DNA of 64,000 bases from Chromatiales bacterium (GTDB lineage Bacteria; Pseudomonadota; Gammaproteobacteria; Chromatiales; Chromatiaceae). Positions 29,066 through 36,652 of the stretch are shown here, piece after piece; positions within the stretch are counted from its first letter, which is position 1; each line of letters starts with the position of its first letter. The notes under the pieces were generated by a model. It was not told the origin of the DNA. It did not search any database and saw only the letters and a list, made by a program, of their open reading frames with translations. A program made the position numbers and the translations under genes. The stretch lies in assembly GCA_024762475.1 (NCBI GenBank), contig JANTHJ010000001.1:24510-88509 (forward strand), given 5' to 3'.

Positions 29066-30325
29066 CTAAATCCGAATACTCATTCCATCGGCCAGCGAAT
29101 AGCGATAGGCGCGGTAGCCCGGTATGAGGCCGATGAGCAGACCGGCGACCGCCACCAGGCCCAGCATAATACCTTCGCGGGTCGAGGGCATACCCAGCGG
29201 CAGGTACAGGCCATAATGACTCTCGACATAGGGTTGGGCGAGTGCCAGCGTCGTGTAGAGCAGCAACAGGCCCATGACCACGCCGACCAGGCTCAACAGC
29301 AGGCTCTCACCAGTGATCAACAGCATGATGTGGGCCGGACGGGCACCGACCGAACGCAGGATCGCCATCTCTCGTCGTCGTTCATTGAGGCCAGCCAGCA
29401 TCACGGTCAGCATGCCGACCAGCCCGACGGCCACCACCAGCGCGGTCACCACCAGCAGCGCATGCTCTGCGATGGACATCAGGTCCCACAGCTGCTGCAG
29501 GGCCACCCCGGGCAGGATCGCAGACAGGGGCTCCTTGCGGTAATCGTTGATCTCCGTTTGTACCCGGAATGTCGCAATACGGCTTTTCAGGCCCACCAGA
29601 AAGGCGGTGATCAGCTTGGGTGTCAGGTCCATCTTGCGCGCCTGCTGTGCGCTGATATGCAGGCCGGGCACGTGGCGACCCTTGATCCAGTCCTTGTGGA
29701 TGGCCTCGATGCCTTCCAGGGGCACATGCACGCTGCGGTCGACCGGGGTCCCGGTGGGATCGAGAATGCCCACCACAGTGAAGGGCTTGTCGGCATGCAG
29801 GGCGAAGCTGGTCATCCCGGCGCCGTGGGCGATGACGATCTTCTGACCGACGCGGTAATGCAGCTTCTTTGCGACCTGGTAGCCCAGCACCGCCTCATAG
29901 ACATCCTGGAAGGGGCGTCCCTCGCGCAGGTGCAGGGGATGCTTGTGTGCATAGCGGTAGTGCCGGAAGTAGTCCTGGTTGGTGCCCAGCACCCGAAAAC
30001 CCTTGTGTGAATCCCCGAGGGAGATCGGGATGGTCCAGGCCACCAGGGGGTTCCTGGCGAAGTGCTGGTAACTCTTCCAGGAGATATTGTTGGTGGCGTC
30101 ACCGATGCGGAAGACCGAATACAACAACAGGTTGATGGCGCCACTGCGGGCGCCGACCACCAGGTCGGTACCGGATATGGTGTTGGCGAAGCTGTTGCGT
30201 GATTCGACCCTGACACGTTCTACCCCCAGGAGCAAAGCGACACTCAAGGCAATGCTGAGCACAATCAGGCCGGCGGTGAAGCGGCGGTTCACCAGGCTCT
30301 TCAGTGCAAGCGAGAGAATGGCCAT
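29066..30325 (-). CDS. ABC transporter permease, MacB/FtsX type (ZrgC-like)
   Basis: SFANTISGTDLVVGARSG, LNERRREMAILRSVGARP. Confidence 0.93.
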   Translation of the reverse strand: MAILSLALKSLVNRRFTAGLIVLSIALSVALLLGVERVRVESRNSFANTISGTDLVVGARSGAINLLLYSVFRIGDATNNISWKSYQHFARNPLVAWTIPISLGDSHKGFRVLGTNQDYFRHYRYAHKHPLHLREGRPFQDVYEAVLGYQVAKKLHYRVGQKIVIAHGAGMTSFALHADKPFTVVGILDPTGTPVDRSVHVPLEGIEAIHKDWIKGRHVPGLHISAQQARKMDLTPKLITAFLVGLKSRIATFRVQTEINDYRKEPLSAILPGVALQQLWDLMSIAEHALLVVTALVVAVGLVGMLTVMLAGLNERRREMAILRSVGARPAHIMLLITGESLLLSLVGVVMGLLLLYTTLALAQPYVESHYGLYLPLGMPSTREGIMLGLVAVAGLLIGLIPGYRAYRYSLADGMSIRI

Positions 30326-31038
30326 TATGGTCCCTCACGCCCGGCAGAATTGATCTCGTCCAGCGCAATATGCTGCTCGAACAGCGGTTCCAGCTGACGG
30401 TCGTGACTGACGAACAGCAGGGTCGAATGGGCGGCCTCGCATTCCTGGAACAGCAGCCGCAGGAAGGCCTGGCGCATGTCGCTGTCCAGGGCCGAGGTGG
30501 GCTCGTCCGCGATGATGATCTCCGGGGCGCCGATCAGGGCACGGGCGGTGGCCACCCGCTGTTGCTGGCCCACGCTCAGTTCGGTCACGGGGCGGTGAAT
30601 CAGGGCCTCGTCGCCCATGTCCAGGTGTTCCAGCAGGCGCAGCGCCTCGTCTTCCAGGGTCGCGCCAGTTTTCAGCACCTTGTCCCTGCGCGCGCGTGAG
30701 AAGCGGCACGGCAAGGTCACGTTCTCCAGTACCGACAGATAGGGGATGAGATTGAACAGCTGGAACACGAAACCGATATGGTCGGATCTGAAGTGATCGC
30801 GCTGCGGCCCGGAGAATGTGCTCAACGGTTTGCCCAGGACCCGCACCTCCCCGGCGCTCGGCAGGCTGACGCCCGCCAGTAACGACAGCAGTGTGCTCTT
30901 GCCGCTGCCGCTCGGGCCGCGGATGAAGATGCGCTCGCCGCGCGCCACCGCCAGTTCAGGAATGTAGAGCACCTCGGGGAGGTTGCTGCGCCAACGGAAG
31001 CGCAGTTCGCTGATCTGTATCGCCGGGGATTGGGGCAT
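30325..31038 (-). CDS. ABC transporter ATP-binding protein (ZrgB-like)
   Basis: GPSGSGKST, LSVGQQQRV, IADEPTSALD, VSHD. Confidence 0.95.
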   Translation of the reverse strand: MPQSPAIQISELRFRWRSNLPEVLYIPELAVARGERIFIRGPSGSGKSTLLSLLAGVSLPSAGEVRVLGKPLSTFSGPQRDHFRSDHIGFVFQLFNLIPYLSVLENVTLPCRFSRARRDKVLKTGATLEDEALRLLEHLDMGDEALIHRPVTELSVGQQQRVATARALIGAPEIIIADEPTSALDSDMRQAFLRLLFQECEAAHSTLLFVSHDRQLEPLFEQHIALDEINSAGREGP

Positions 31039-31054
31039 CGACCAACGGCTGGCT

Positions 31055-31597
31055 TCAAAAGTTGAAACTGGCACTGTCCGGTGTCAGGTCTGCCTGCTTC
31101 TGACCCCGGTCGGTAATACTCTGCGCATCTATGACCCGGGTGCCGGGGAACAGTTTGAAGATATTGATCCCGATGTGATCCAGTTGCGAGGTGTCCGCGC
31201 ATTCGAGGCGATAGCTTGCGGAAAACTCGCTGTGCGTCTCCCCGGAATCGTGGTCTGCCCCCTCGTGTTCGTGATGTTCGCTGGAGGTATGCACATTGAT
31301 CGCGCTCGGTTCGCAGCCGGCCGCGGCAGGGAACCCGAACACACGCTGGGGCTGGTTCAGGATTGCGAGCGCCGCGTTGACAGCTTGGGTCTGGGCCTGG
31401 TCTGCCGGCGGGTGCTCGAAGCCAACGATATTCATGCCAGGGCTGACAAATTCCATTTCGAGGTGATTGCCGTCCTGGGCAATTGTCAGCTTTGCCTCGC
31501 CGTGCACGTGCGCGCCGTGTTGCTCAAACGCGGACTTGTCGGCGACTGCAGAGGTGGTGATAAACAGAGCGATCAGGAGAGTGGAAAACTTCATCAT
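31055..31597 (-). CDS. DUF2796 His-rich periplasmic protein (ZrgA-like, zinc-binding)
   Basis: Signal peptide MMKFSTLLIALF; HGAHVHG, PGMNIVGFEH, HEHEGADHDSGETHSEF. Confidence 0.9.
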   Translation of the reverse strand: MMKFSTLLIALFITTSAVADKSAFEQHGAHVHGEAKLTIAQDGNHLEMEFVSPGMNIVGFEHPPADQAQTQAVNAALAILNQPQRVFGFPAAAGCEPSAINVHTSSEHHEHEGADHDSGETHSEFSASYRLECADTSQLDHIGINIFKLFPGTRVIDAQSITDRGQKQADLTPDSASFNF

Positions 31598-31993
31598 CGG
31601 CGGCAGGGGGTTTCTGTTCTCCTCCTCCGACTCGCGGCTAGGGCGATAGTTCCGTTCTGCGAGGCACTCGGGACAGCTGTCGACCAAGCGACCACAGCGA
31701 CTGCGGGTCGTGTCGCTGTTTGCGGGCATCAGTCGCCCGCTCAACTCCACTGCCGGCGATCAGAGGAGGTCAACCGGGACCCGGCCTTCATGTTGTACCG
31801 CGTGCCGGCAAAGTCACTCTTCATCGAGGGCCCGCTTGGCGGTACTTTGCCTGGACGTCGCCGCCGCCTCTTCGTTGCCTCATCTGCCGGGTCAACAACG
31901 ATCCTGCCCCGGCAATGGCGGTGACCCCCGGCTCAACGAGCCGCCGACCGACACAGACATCCGTCGGGAGACCGGCGCCGACCATGGCAGGGT

Positions 31994-32923
31994 TCACCTT
32001 CGGTCCAGGCTACGGATCAACAGTTCGACCCGGCGGTTCTTCAATCGCCCCTGCTGAGTCGAATTGTCCGCGATCGGCTGGCTCTCCCCCCGACCCTCGG
32101 CGGCAACCCGTTGCGCCTCGACGCCCTGCCCGACCAGGTATTCACGCACCGCCTTTGCGCGCCGCAATGACAGTTTCATATTGGCCTCCGCTCCACCCAC
32201 ACTATCGGTATGCCCTAGTACAGTGACCTCTGCATGCGGCTGGCGGCGCAGTATCGCGGCCACCCTGTCCAGTTCCTTCCTGGCGCCCACTCTCAGCCGG
32301 GACGAAGACGAATAGAAATGGACCTTCTCCAACTCCACCGGTTGACCTGCAGGGCAGCCCAGGGGACCGACCGTCCGCTCGGCATCGGTATCCGGGCACA
32401 GATCGACCTCATCAGTCACGCCGTCGGCATCCTTGTCCGGCAATGTCCTGGTCTGCGGGCGCCTCGATGCCACTGAGCCGTCGCTGTGTGGCGGCGTTAG
32501 CAGGAGACCACCGGCACCATCCTCTGCTACCCGCCAGCCCTGGCTGCGCAGGCGCCCGATCAGGCGCAGCAGTTCGATCTGCCGTATGCCCCCCGCAGGC
32601 TTGGCTGGCACTTGAACAGATTTCGACCCGGGGGACTCCGGCCTGGGGGATTCGGGGCGCGGCGCCGGCTGGCGAGTCCGGTAGAGGATTATGTTCCCCT
32701 CGGCATCGGTATCCTGATGCCAGCCGCGCAGTTCGAGTAGCTCACTGAAATCAGTCAGCACCCTATCCTGTGATTGCGTGTCCTGTGCATGAGCCTGGTG
32801 CCCGACAAGCAGGCCCATTGCGCCAATCGACGCCAGAGCCAACGCCAACGCCCCCTGACTGGCGAGGCCCGCAACCATGACAAAGCGATGTCTCCCTTCC
32901 GCGCCAATGAACTTCGGTTTCAT
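31994..32923 (-). CDS. OmpA-like peptidoglycan-binding protein with a non-barrel N-terminus
   Basis: DADGVTDEVDLCPDT Ca-type repeat; GHTD, LSLRRA, GESQP, NRRVE; GGAG RBS. Confidence 0.88.
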   Translation of the reverse strand: MKPKFIGAEGRHRFVMVAGLASQGALALALASIGAMGLLVGHQAHAQDTQSQDRVLTDFSELLELRGWHQDTDAEGNIILYRTRQPAPRPESPRPESPGSKSVQVPAKPAGGIRQIELLRLIGRLRSQGWRVAEDGAGGLLLTPPHSDGSVASRRPQTRTLPDKDADGVTDEVDLCPDTDAERTVGPLGCPAGQPVELEKVHFYSSSSRLRVGARKELDRVAAILRRQPHAEVTVLGHTDSVGGAEANMKLSLRRAKAVREYLVGQGVEAQRVAAEGRGESQPIADNSTQQGRLKNRRVELLIRSLDRR

Positions 32924-33220
32924 GTCGCCCCCTCCCTTGTGCCTTTACGGAGCCGTTGTGAGAATCCGCCTAAGCCTACACCTGATATCAATGGATTCAG
33001 TAGGGGCATGTGACTAATCTGAATCAAGGCCCCGGCAGTCAGGGAAGAACGACTGAAGTGATGGAGGCTTACGGCGAGGGCCAACGAACAGCTACGATGG
33101 ACTGGCCGTTCTGCGCCCTATGGACGACGCGGCGTCAACGATAGATCTGCTCGGCGAGCTGCTCGAGCCGGCACCGTCGCCCGAACTGACCGCGCCCGGC
33201 ACGCTGTTCGTGCATGGTCG

Positions 33221-33445
33221 TTATGGCCTGTTCACAGACACGAACAATCGCCGCATCTCGCGCCACGACATGGCAACGCACAGTACCCCCGAGTGGTGCG
33301 CACACCACTCCCATTTGACCCGGTCCCGGGAGTCTGACGGCGCCCGGCCGAGCCGCCTCTCTGCCAAAATGGCAGAGAGGTTTGCAGTCCAACTGATGCG
33401 GATATCCCATTGATACTTCTTGTCTTTGGTGAGGCGGTCTAGCAT
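33221..33445 (-). CDS. Possible small hypothetical protein or pseudogene
   Basis: GGAGG RBS 9 nt before ATG; 74 aa; no recognisable motif. Confidence 0.35.
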   Translation of the reverse strand: MLDRLTKDKKYQWDIRISWTANLSAILAERRLGRAPSDSRDRVKWEWCAHHSGVLCVAMSWREMRRLFVSVNRP

Positions 33446-33766
33446 CGTTTACCCCCTCCGGTCACAAACAAAGTGACAGATTGACAGGCAAGACGGGCAA
33501 TTTTGCGGTCTGCAGGACGGTTTGTGCCCGTTGATATGCGCCCGGCGTGTACACAACATGCCGCCATGACGTCGAGCCTGGCCAGGTACGTGACCGCGTT
33601 CACAAATACGGTCTGGATTGCGTCCGTCGGCGGAAACCGCCGTCACTGTGGTTTGCTTCTTGCACTCACGGAGATGTTGCGGCGATGTGTTTCCACGGCC
33701 CGTACCGACGGGACCAATACGCCACTGCGACACAAGACACAAAAGACAAAACTCGGAGGTCGAACG

Positions 33767-34339
33767 ATGATCAAATTGCACGTTTTCAAACATCTCCCTT
33801 GGGCCGTACTGTCTGCCGGGCTGTTGTCGTCAGCCGTGGCCTTCGGTGCCGGTCAAAGCGGCATGTCCGGAATGTCGGGCATGGGCGGCATGTCCGGAAT
33901 GTCGGGCATGGGTGGCATGTCCGGGATGTCCGGCATGGGCGGCATGTCCGGGATGTCGGGCATGGGTGGCATGTCCGGAATGTCGGGCATGGGTGGCATG
34001 TCCGGGATGTCCGGCATGGGCGGCATGTCCGGAATGTCGGGCATGGGTGGCATGTCCGGAATGTCCGGCATGGGTGGCATGTCCGGGATGTCCGGCATGG
34101 GTGGCATGTCCGGGATGTCGGGTATGTACGGCACCTACCAAAAAACGCCTAGCGGCATCATTCTTCATCCGATGGGCATGTCAGGGATGAGCGGGATGTC
34201 CGGCATGGGTGGCATGTCCGGAATGTCCGGCATGGGTGGCATGTCGGGGATGTCCGGCATGGGTGGCATGTCCGGGATGTCCGGCATGGGTGGCATGTCC
34301 GGCATGGGTGGCATGTCCGGAATGTCCGGCAGGCGATAA
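33767..34339 (+). CDS. Secreted (Gly-Met-Ser/Gly)n repeat protein, 190 aa
   Basis: GGAGG RBS at 33755; signal peptide MIKLHVFKHLPWAVLSAGLLSSAVAFG; two repeat blocks; GC-rich hairpin downstream. Confidence 0.85.
   Translation: MIKLHVFKHLPWAVLSAGLLSSAVAFGAGQSGMSGMSGMGGMSGMSGMGGMSGMSGMGGMSGMSGMGGMSGMSGMGGMSGMSGMGGMSGMSGMGGMSGMSGMGGMSGMSGMGGMSGMSGMYGTYQKTPSGIILHPMGMSGMSGMSGMGGMSGMSGMGGMSGMSGMGGMSGMSGMGGMSGMGGMSGMSGRR
33860..34129 (+). repeat. Ten tandem 27-bp units encoding GMSGMSGMG
   Basis: Counted directly: GGC ATG TCC GG(A/G) ATG TC(C/G) GGC ATG GG(C/T) x10; the last unit ends GGT ATG TAC. Confidence 0.97.
34175..34330 (+). repeat. Second GMS/GMG repeat block (17 triplets; units of 12, 9, 9, 9, 6 and 7 codons)
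   Basis: Counted directly from the sequence. Confidence 0.95.
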
Positions 34340-34369
34340 GCCGAACGCGGCGATAGAGCCATAGACGAC

Positions 34370-34399
34370 CGGGGGGCCGGCGCGCTCAGCGGCCCCCCG
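34370..34399 (+). terminator. GC-rich hairpin after the GMS gene (no clear U-tract)
   Basis: cggggggccg-N10-cggccccccg. Confidence 0.45.
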
Positions 34400-35021
34400 A
34401 ATCTTGCGCGCCTCTTCGTGGCCTTGTGTGTACCGATCATTGCGTGCCACCCCGGTTGGGCCGGGTAGGCCATCGGCGTGCGGCTACCGAATGTTGATCA
34501 ATCGCGCAGATGACGCTGCACAAGAGCGCTACGCCGGCACCTTCGGCCAATGGGCTGTTTCAACAAGGCACCCAAGATCGCCCCGACTTGGTCTCGTGCG
34601 GATACACCGGAAGTTTTTCGAGCTGTGCGGGGCTTCGGGGCATCCGGAAGCCATCCGTTTCCGCGGCCTCGCCGACATCCAAGACCCGTTCCGGTTGAAT
34701 CGGGTTCGCGCGGCCTCGATGCCGTACGGGCTCGTTCCGGCCGAAGACAACCAGGGGGCGGTCTGGCCGATGGCTATCGACTGACATGAGAGCTCACGTC
34801 AGTGGAAAGCGTGACCGCACAAGGCTCAGCCAGAACATATTCGGAGGTGGTGGCGGGTGGTGTGACGAGCGGATTCCAACCCGTATGGGCCGCCGACCAT
34901 CCCGGTCGACGCACACGCGGCCGTTGCGCGATCGTTCGCGACAACCTGACCGCCCGCCGGGTGTCTACCCGACGACCTTTCGGCTTCGATGAAACACAGG
35001 TACCGCAATGGGAGTACAAAG

Positions 35022-36026
35022 ATGAAGAAACCAGACACGCAGCAGCCCGACCGTGCAGCGACGGGGCGCAGCGGAATGCTGCGCGCTTTGAGCATAGAAC
35101 ATCGCGACGGGCTGGCCTTTGCCGAACGGCTCGCACAGATCGCTTACGCAGGCAATGATGACGATCTGGCAGACGGCGTGGAGATGGTGCGGGAGTACAA
35201 CCGTCGGGAAATGGAGGCCCACCTGCAGCACGAGGAACAGACCATCTTCGGCCCACTGATCCGCAATCATCGGCAGTATGTCGATATGTGTATCCAGCTT
35301 GGCAAAGAGCACGGTTTCCTGCGCAGCCTTGTCGAGCGAATGAGTGTGGACGACGCACGTTCCAGTCTCGCCGAATTCGCCCAGATGCTGAAGAACCACA
35401 CCCTGCTCGAAGAGGAATGGCTGTTTCCCGTGATCGAGTCCACATTGACCGACGAGGAATTGCAGGCGGTACTCGACTTCACGCCACTATCGGTGGTCGA
35501 GCCGCCTCCCGCCGCGGCAAGACAGCAAACCAAGCAGGGTCCCGGCGAGGACTGGCTCGCAGTGATCGCAAAACATCACGCAGCAACCGGAGCGACCGGT
35601 GCCGGCATCGTGCTGTTTCCACGTTACCAGCCCGAGTTGGCGGTGAGTCTGGCCGAGCATCTGGGGCTCGGATTTTTCGACCTGCGGCAAGAATACCTGG
35701 AGCAGTTTGGGGTTGCCGCAGACCGCACCTCCCTGCAGGAGCTCGACGAGGCCCTGCGCCAACGTGCCACTCAATCGGGCTTCGTTTGCCAAAATATCGA
35801 GGCACTGTTGTGCGTCAAGTCAGAGGATGACAGACGGGCGTGGCTGAAAGCATTTCTTGACTACCCGTGGCCGAACCCGGTCGTTGTGCCGATCACTGTC
35901 TTCCAGGGTGATGTACCGGCAGAGCATCCTCGTGTCTGCGACCTCGAACTGTTCAAGCTTCCCCGCCTGCCGGCCCGACATAGTGGTTCACCGGACGTCA
36001 AGTACGACGTCGAGAAGCCGGCGTAG
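35022..36026 (+). CDS. Hemerythrin/HHE domain protein fused to an unassigned C-terminal alpha/beta domain
   Basis: LSIEH, HLQHEEQTIF, EHGFL, NHTLLEEEWLFP metal-ligand pattern; GGAG RBS before MKKPD. Confidence 0.85.
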   Translation: MKKPDTQQPDRAATGRSGMLRALSIEHRDGLAFAERLAQIAYAGNDDDLADGVEMVREYNRREMEAHLQHEEQTIFGPLIRNHRQYVDMCIQLGKEHGFLRSLVERMSVDDARSSLAEFAQMLKNHTLLEEEWLFPVIESTLTDEELQAVLDFTPLSVVEPPPAAARQQTKQGPGEDWLAVIAKHHAATGATGAGIVLFPRYQPELAVSLAEHLGLGFFDLRQEYLEQFGVAADRTSLQELDEALRQRATQSGFVCQNIEALLCVKSEDDRRAWLKAFLDYPWPNPVVVPITVFQGDVPAEHPRVCDLELFKLPRLPARHSGSPDVKYDVEKPA

Positions 36027-36060
36027 CAAGACAAGTGGGGCATTGCGCCCCGTGACAACC

Positions 36061-36312
36061 CTAGCCCGCATATTTCACCCGGTCGCTGAAAGATACTGAT
36101 AACTCACTGGTTGCCAAAGAGATTCTTCGTATATTAGCGGGTAACGAAATGTTATCGGGCCAACGCTGGACGCGCCCTCGCACCGATCTGGCCACCCTCG
36201 AGTGGTATTTCCTTCCTCATCAATAGGCTGGCTATTGACTCGGGCGGAAATCCGCTCGAGAACACCCATCTCGACACGATCATCGCGTCCCCGGGTGAAA
36301 TATCCGGGCTAG
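36061..36312. mobile_element. 252-bp MITE-like element bounded by 22-bp inverted repeats
   Basis: CTAGCCCGCATATTTCACCCGG (36061-36082) vs CCGGGTGAAATATCCGGGCTAG (36291-36312): 21/22 complementary; no transposase inside. Confidence 0.75.
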
Positions 36313-36462
36313 CCACTTGCCGGCCACGGCGGCGGACCCCAAGACCTCCGAGGTGTCCATCATGCCCGGCGCTACTCCGCGCCGAAGTTGGAGGAACGGA
36401 TCCAAGCGGACAATCGGGTCTGCGGTGAAAAGTCCAGCACCGGTGGTGCTCAAACCACAAAG

Positions 36463-36502
36463 AAAAAACCCGCCAGATCAGAAGAATCGCTGATCTGGCG
36501 GG
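36463..36502 (-). terminator. Terminator downstream of tRNA-Lys
   Basis: 12-bp stem cccgccagatca/tgatctggcggg followed by U6 on the minus strand. Confidence 0.85.
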
Positions 36503-36509
36503 CTGTAGA

Positions 36510-36585
36510 TGGTGGGTCGTGCAGGATTCGAACCTGCGACCAACTGATTAAAAGTCAGCTGCTCTACCAACTGAGCTAACGACCC
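36510..36585 (-). tRNA. tRNA-Lys (anticodon UUU)
   Basis: GGGTCGTTAGCTCAGTTGGTAGAGCAGCTGACTTTTAATCAGTTGGTCGCAGGTTCGAATCCTGCACGACCCACCA; 76 nt, CCA encoded. Confidence 0.98.
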
Positions 36586-36652
36586 GCTGCCACGGGTGCG
36601 CCGCGGCGAGAAGCGCGCATTATACCGAACACGCCTCTGCGCTCAAGCCCGT

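Noticed and set aside
31598-31750. In-frame upstream extension of DUF2796 with a CPEC motif
   Set aside because: It would bury the signal peptide that starts at MMKF (31597); no supporting RBS for the GTG at 31750
31880-31930. CTGCCCCGGCAA stretch resembling a cobalamin riboswitch core upstream of the ABC operon
   Set aside because: It is on the strand opposite to the downstream genes and lacks the other conserved B12-box elements
33649-33664. Sigma-54-like TGG-N8-TTGCA upstream of the GMS gene
   Set aside because: GG/GC spacing is right but the conserved CAC after GG is missing; too weak to call
33860-34330. Regular 27-bp repeats as a possible CRISPR array
   Set aside because: Head-to-tail tandem units with no unique spacers, in frame within a CDS, and no cas genes
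33853-34473. Antisense ORFs encoding (MPPMPDIPD)n, and alternate-frame His/Cys-rich repeats (HVRNVGHGW; CPAWAACP)
   Set aside because: Shadow frames of the GMS repeat. Only the GMS frame has an RBS, a signal peptide and variation confined to synonymous third positions
36146-36155. GAAATGTTAT resembling half a Zur box
   Set aside because: Only one half-site, inside the MITE and about 4.5 kb from the zrg-like operon start
36463-36585. tRNA-Lys as an attachment site for an integrated element
   Set aside because: The tRNA is followed immediately by its own terminator; I found no duplicated tRNA 3' end and no integrase in the window
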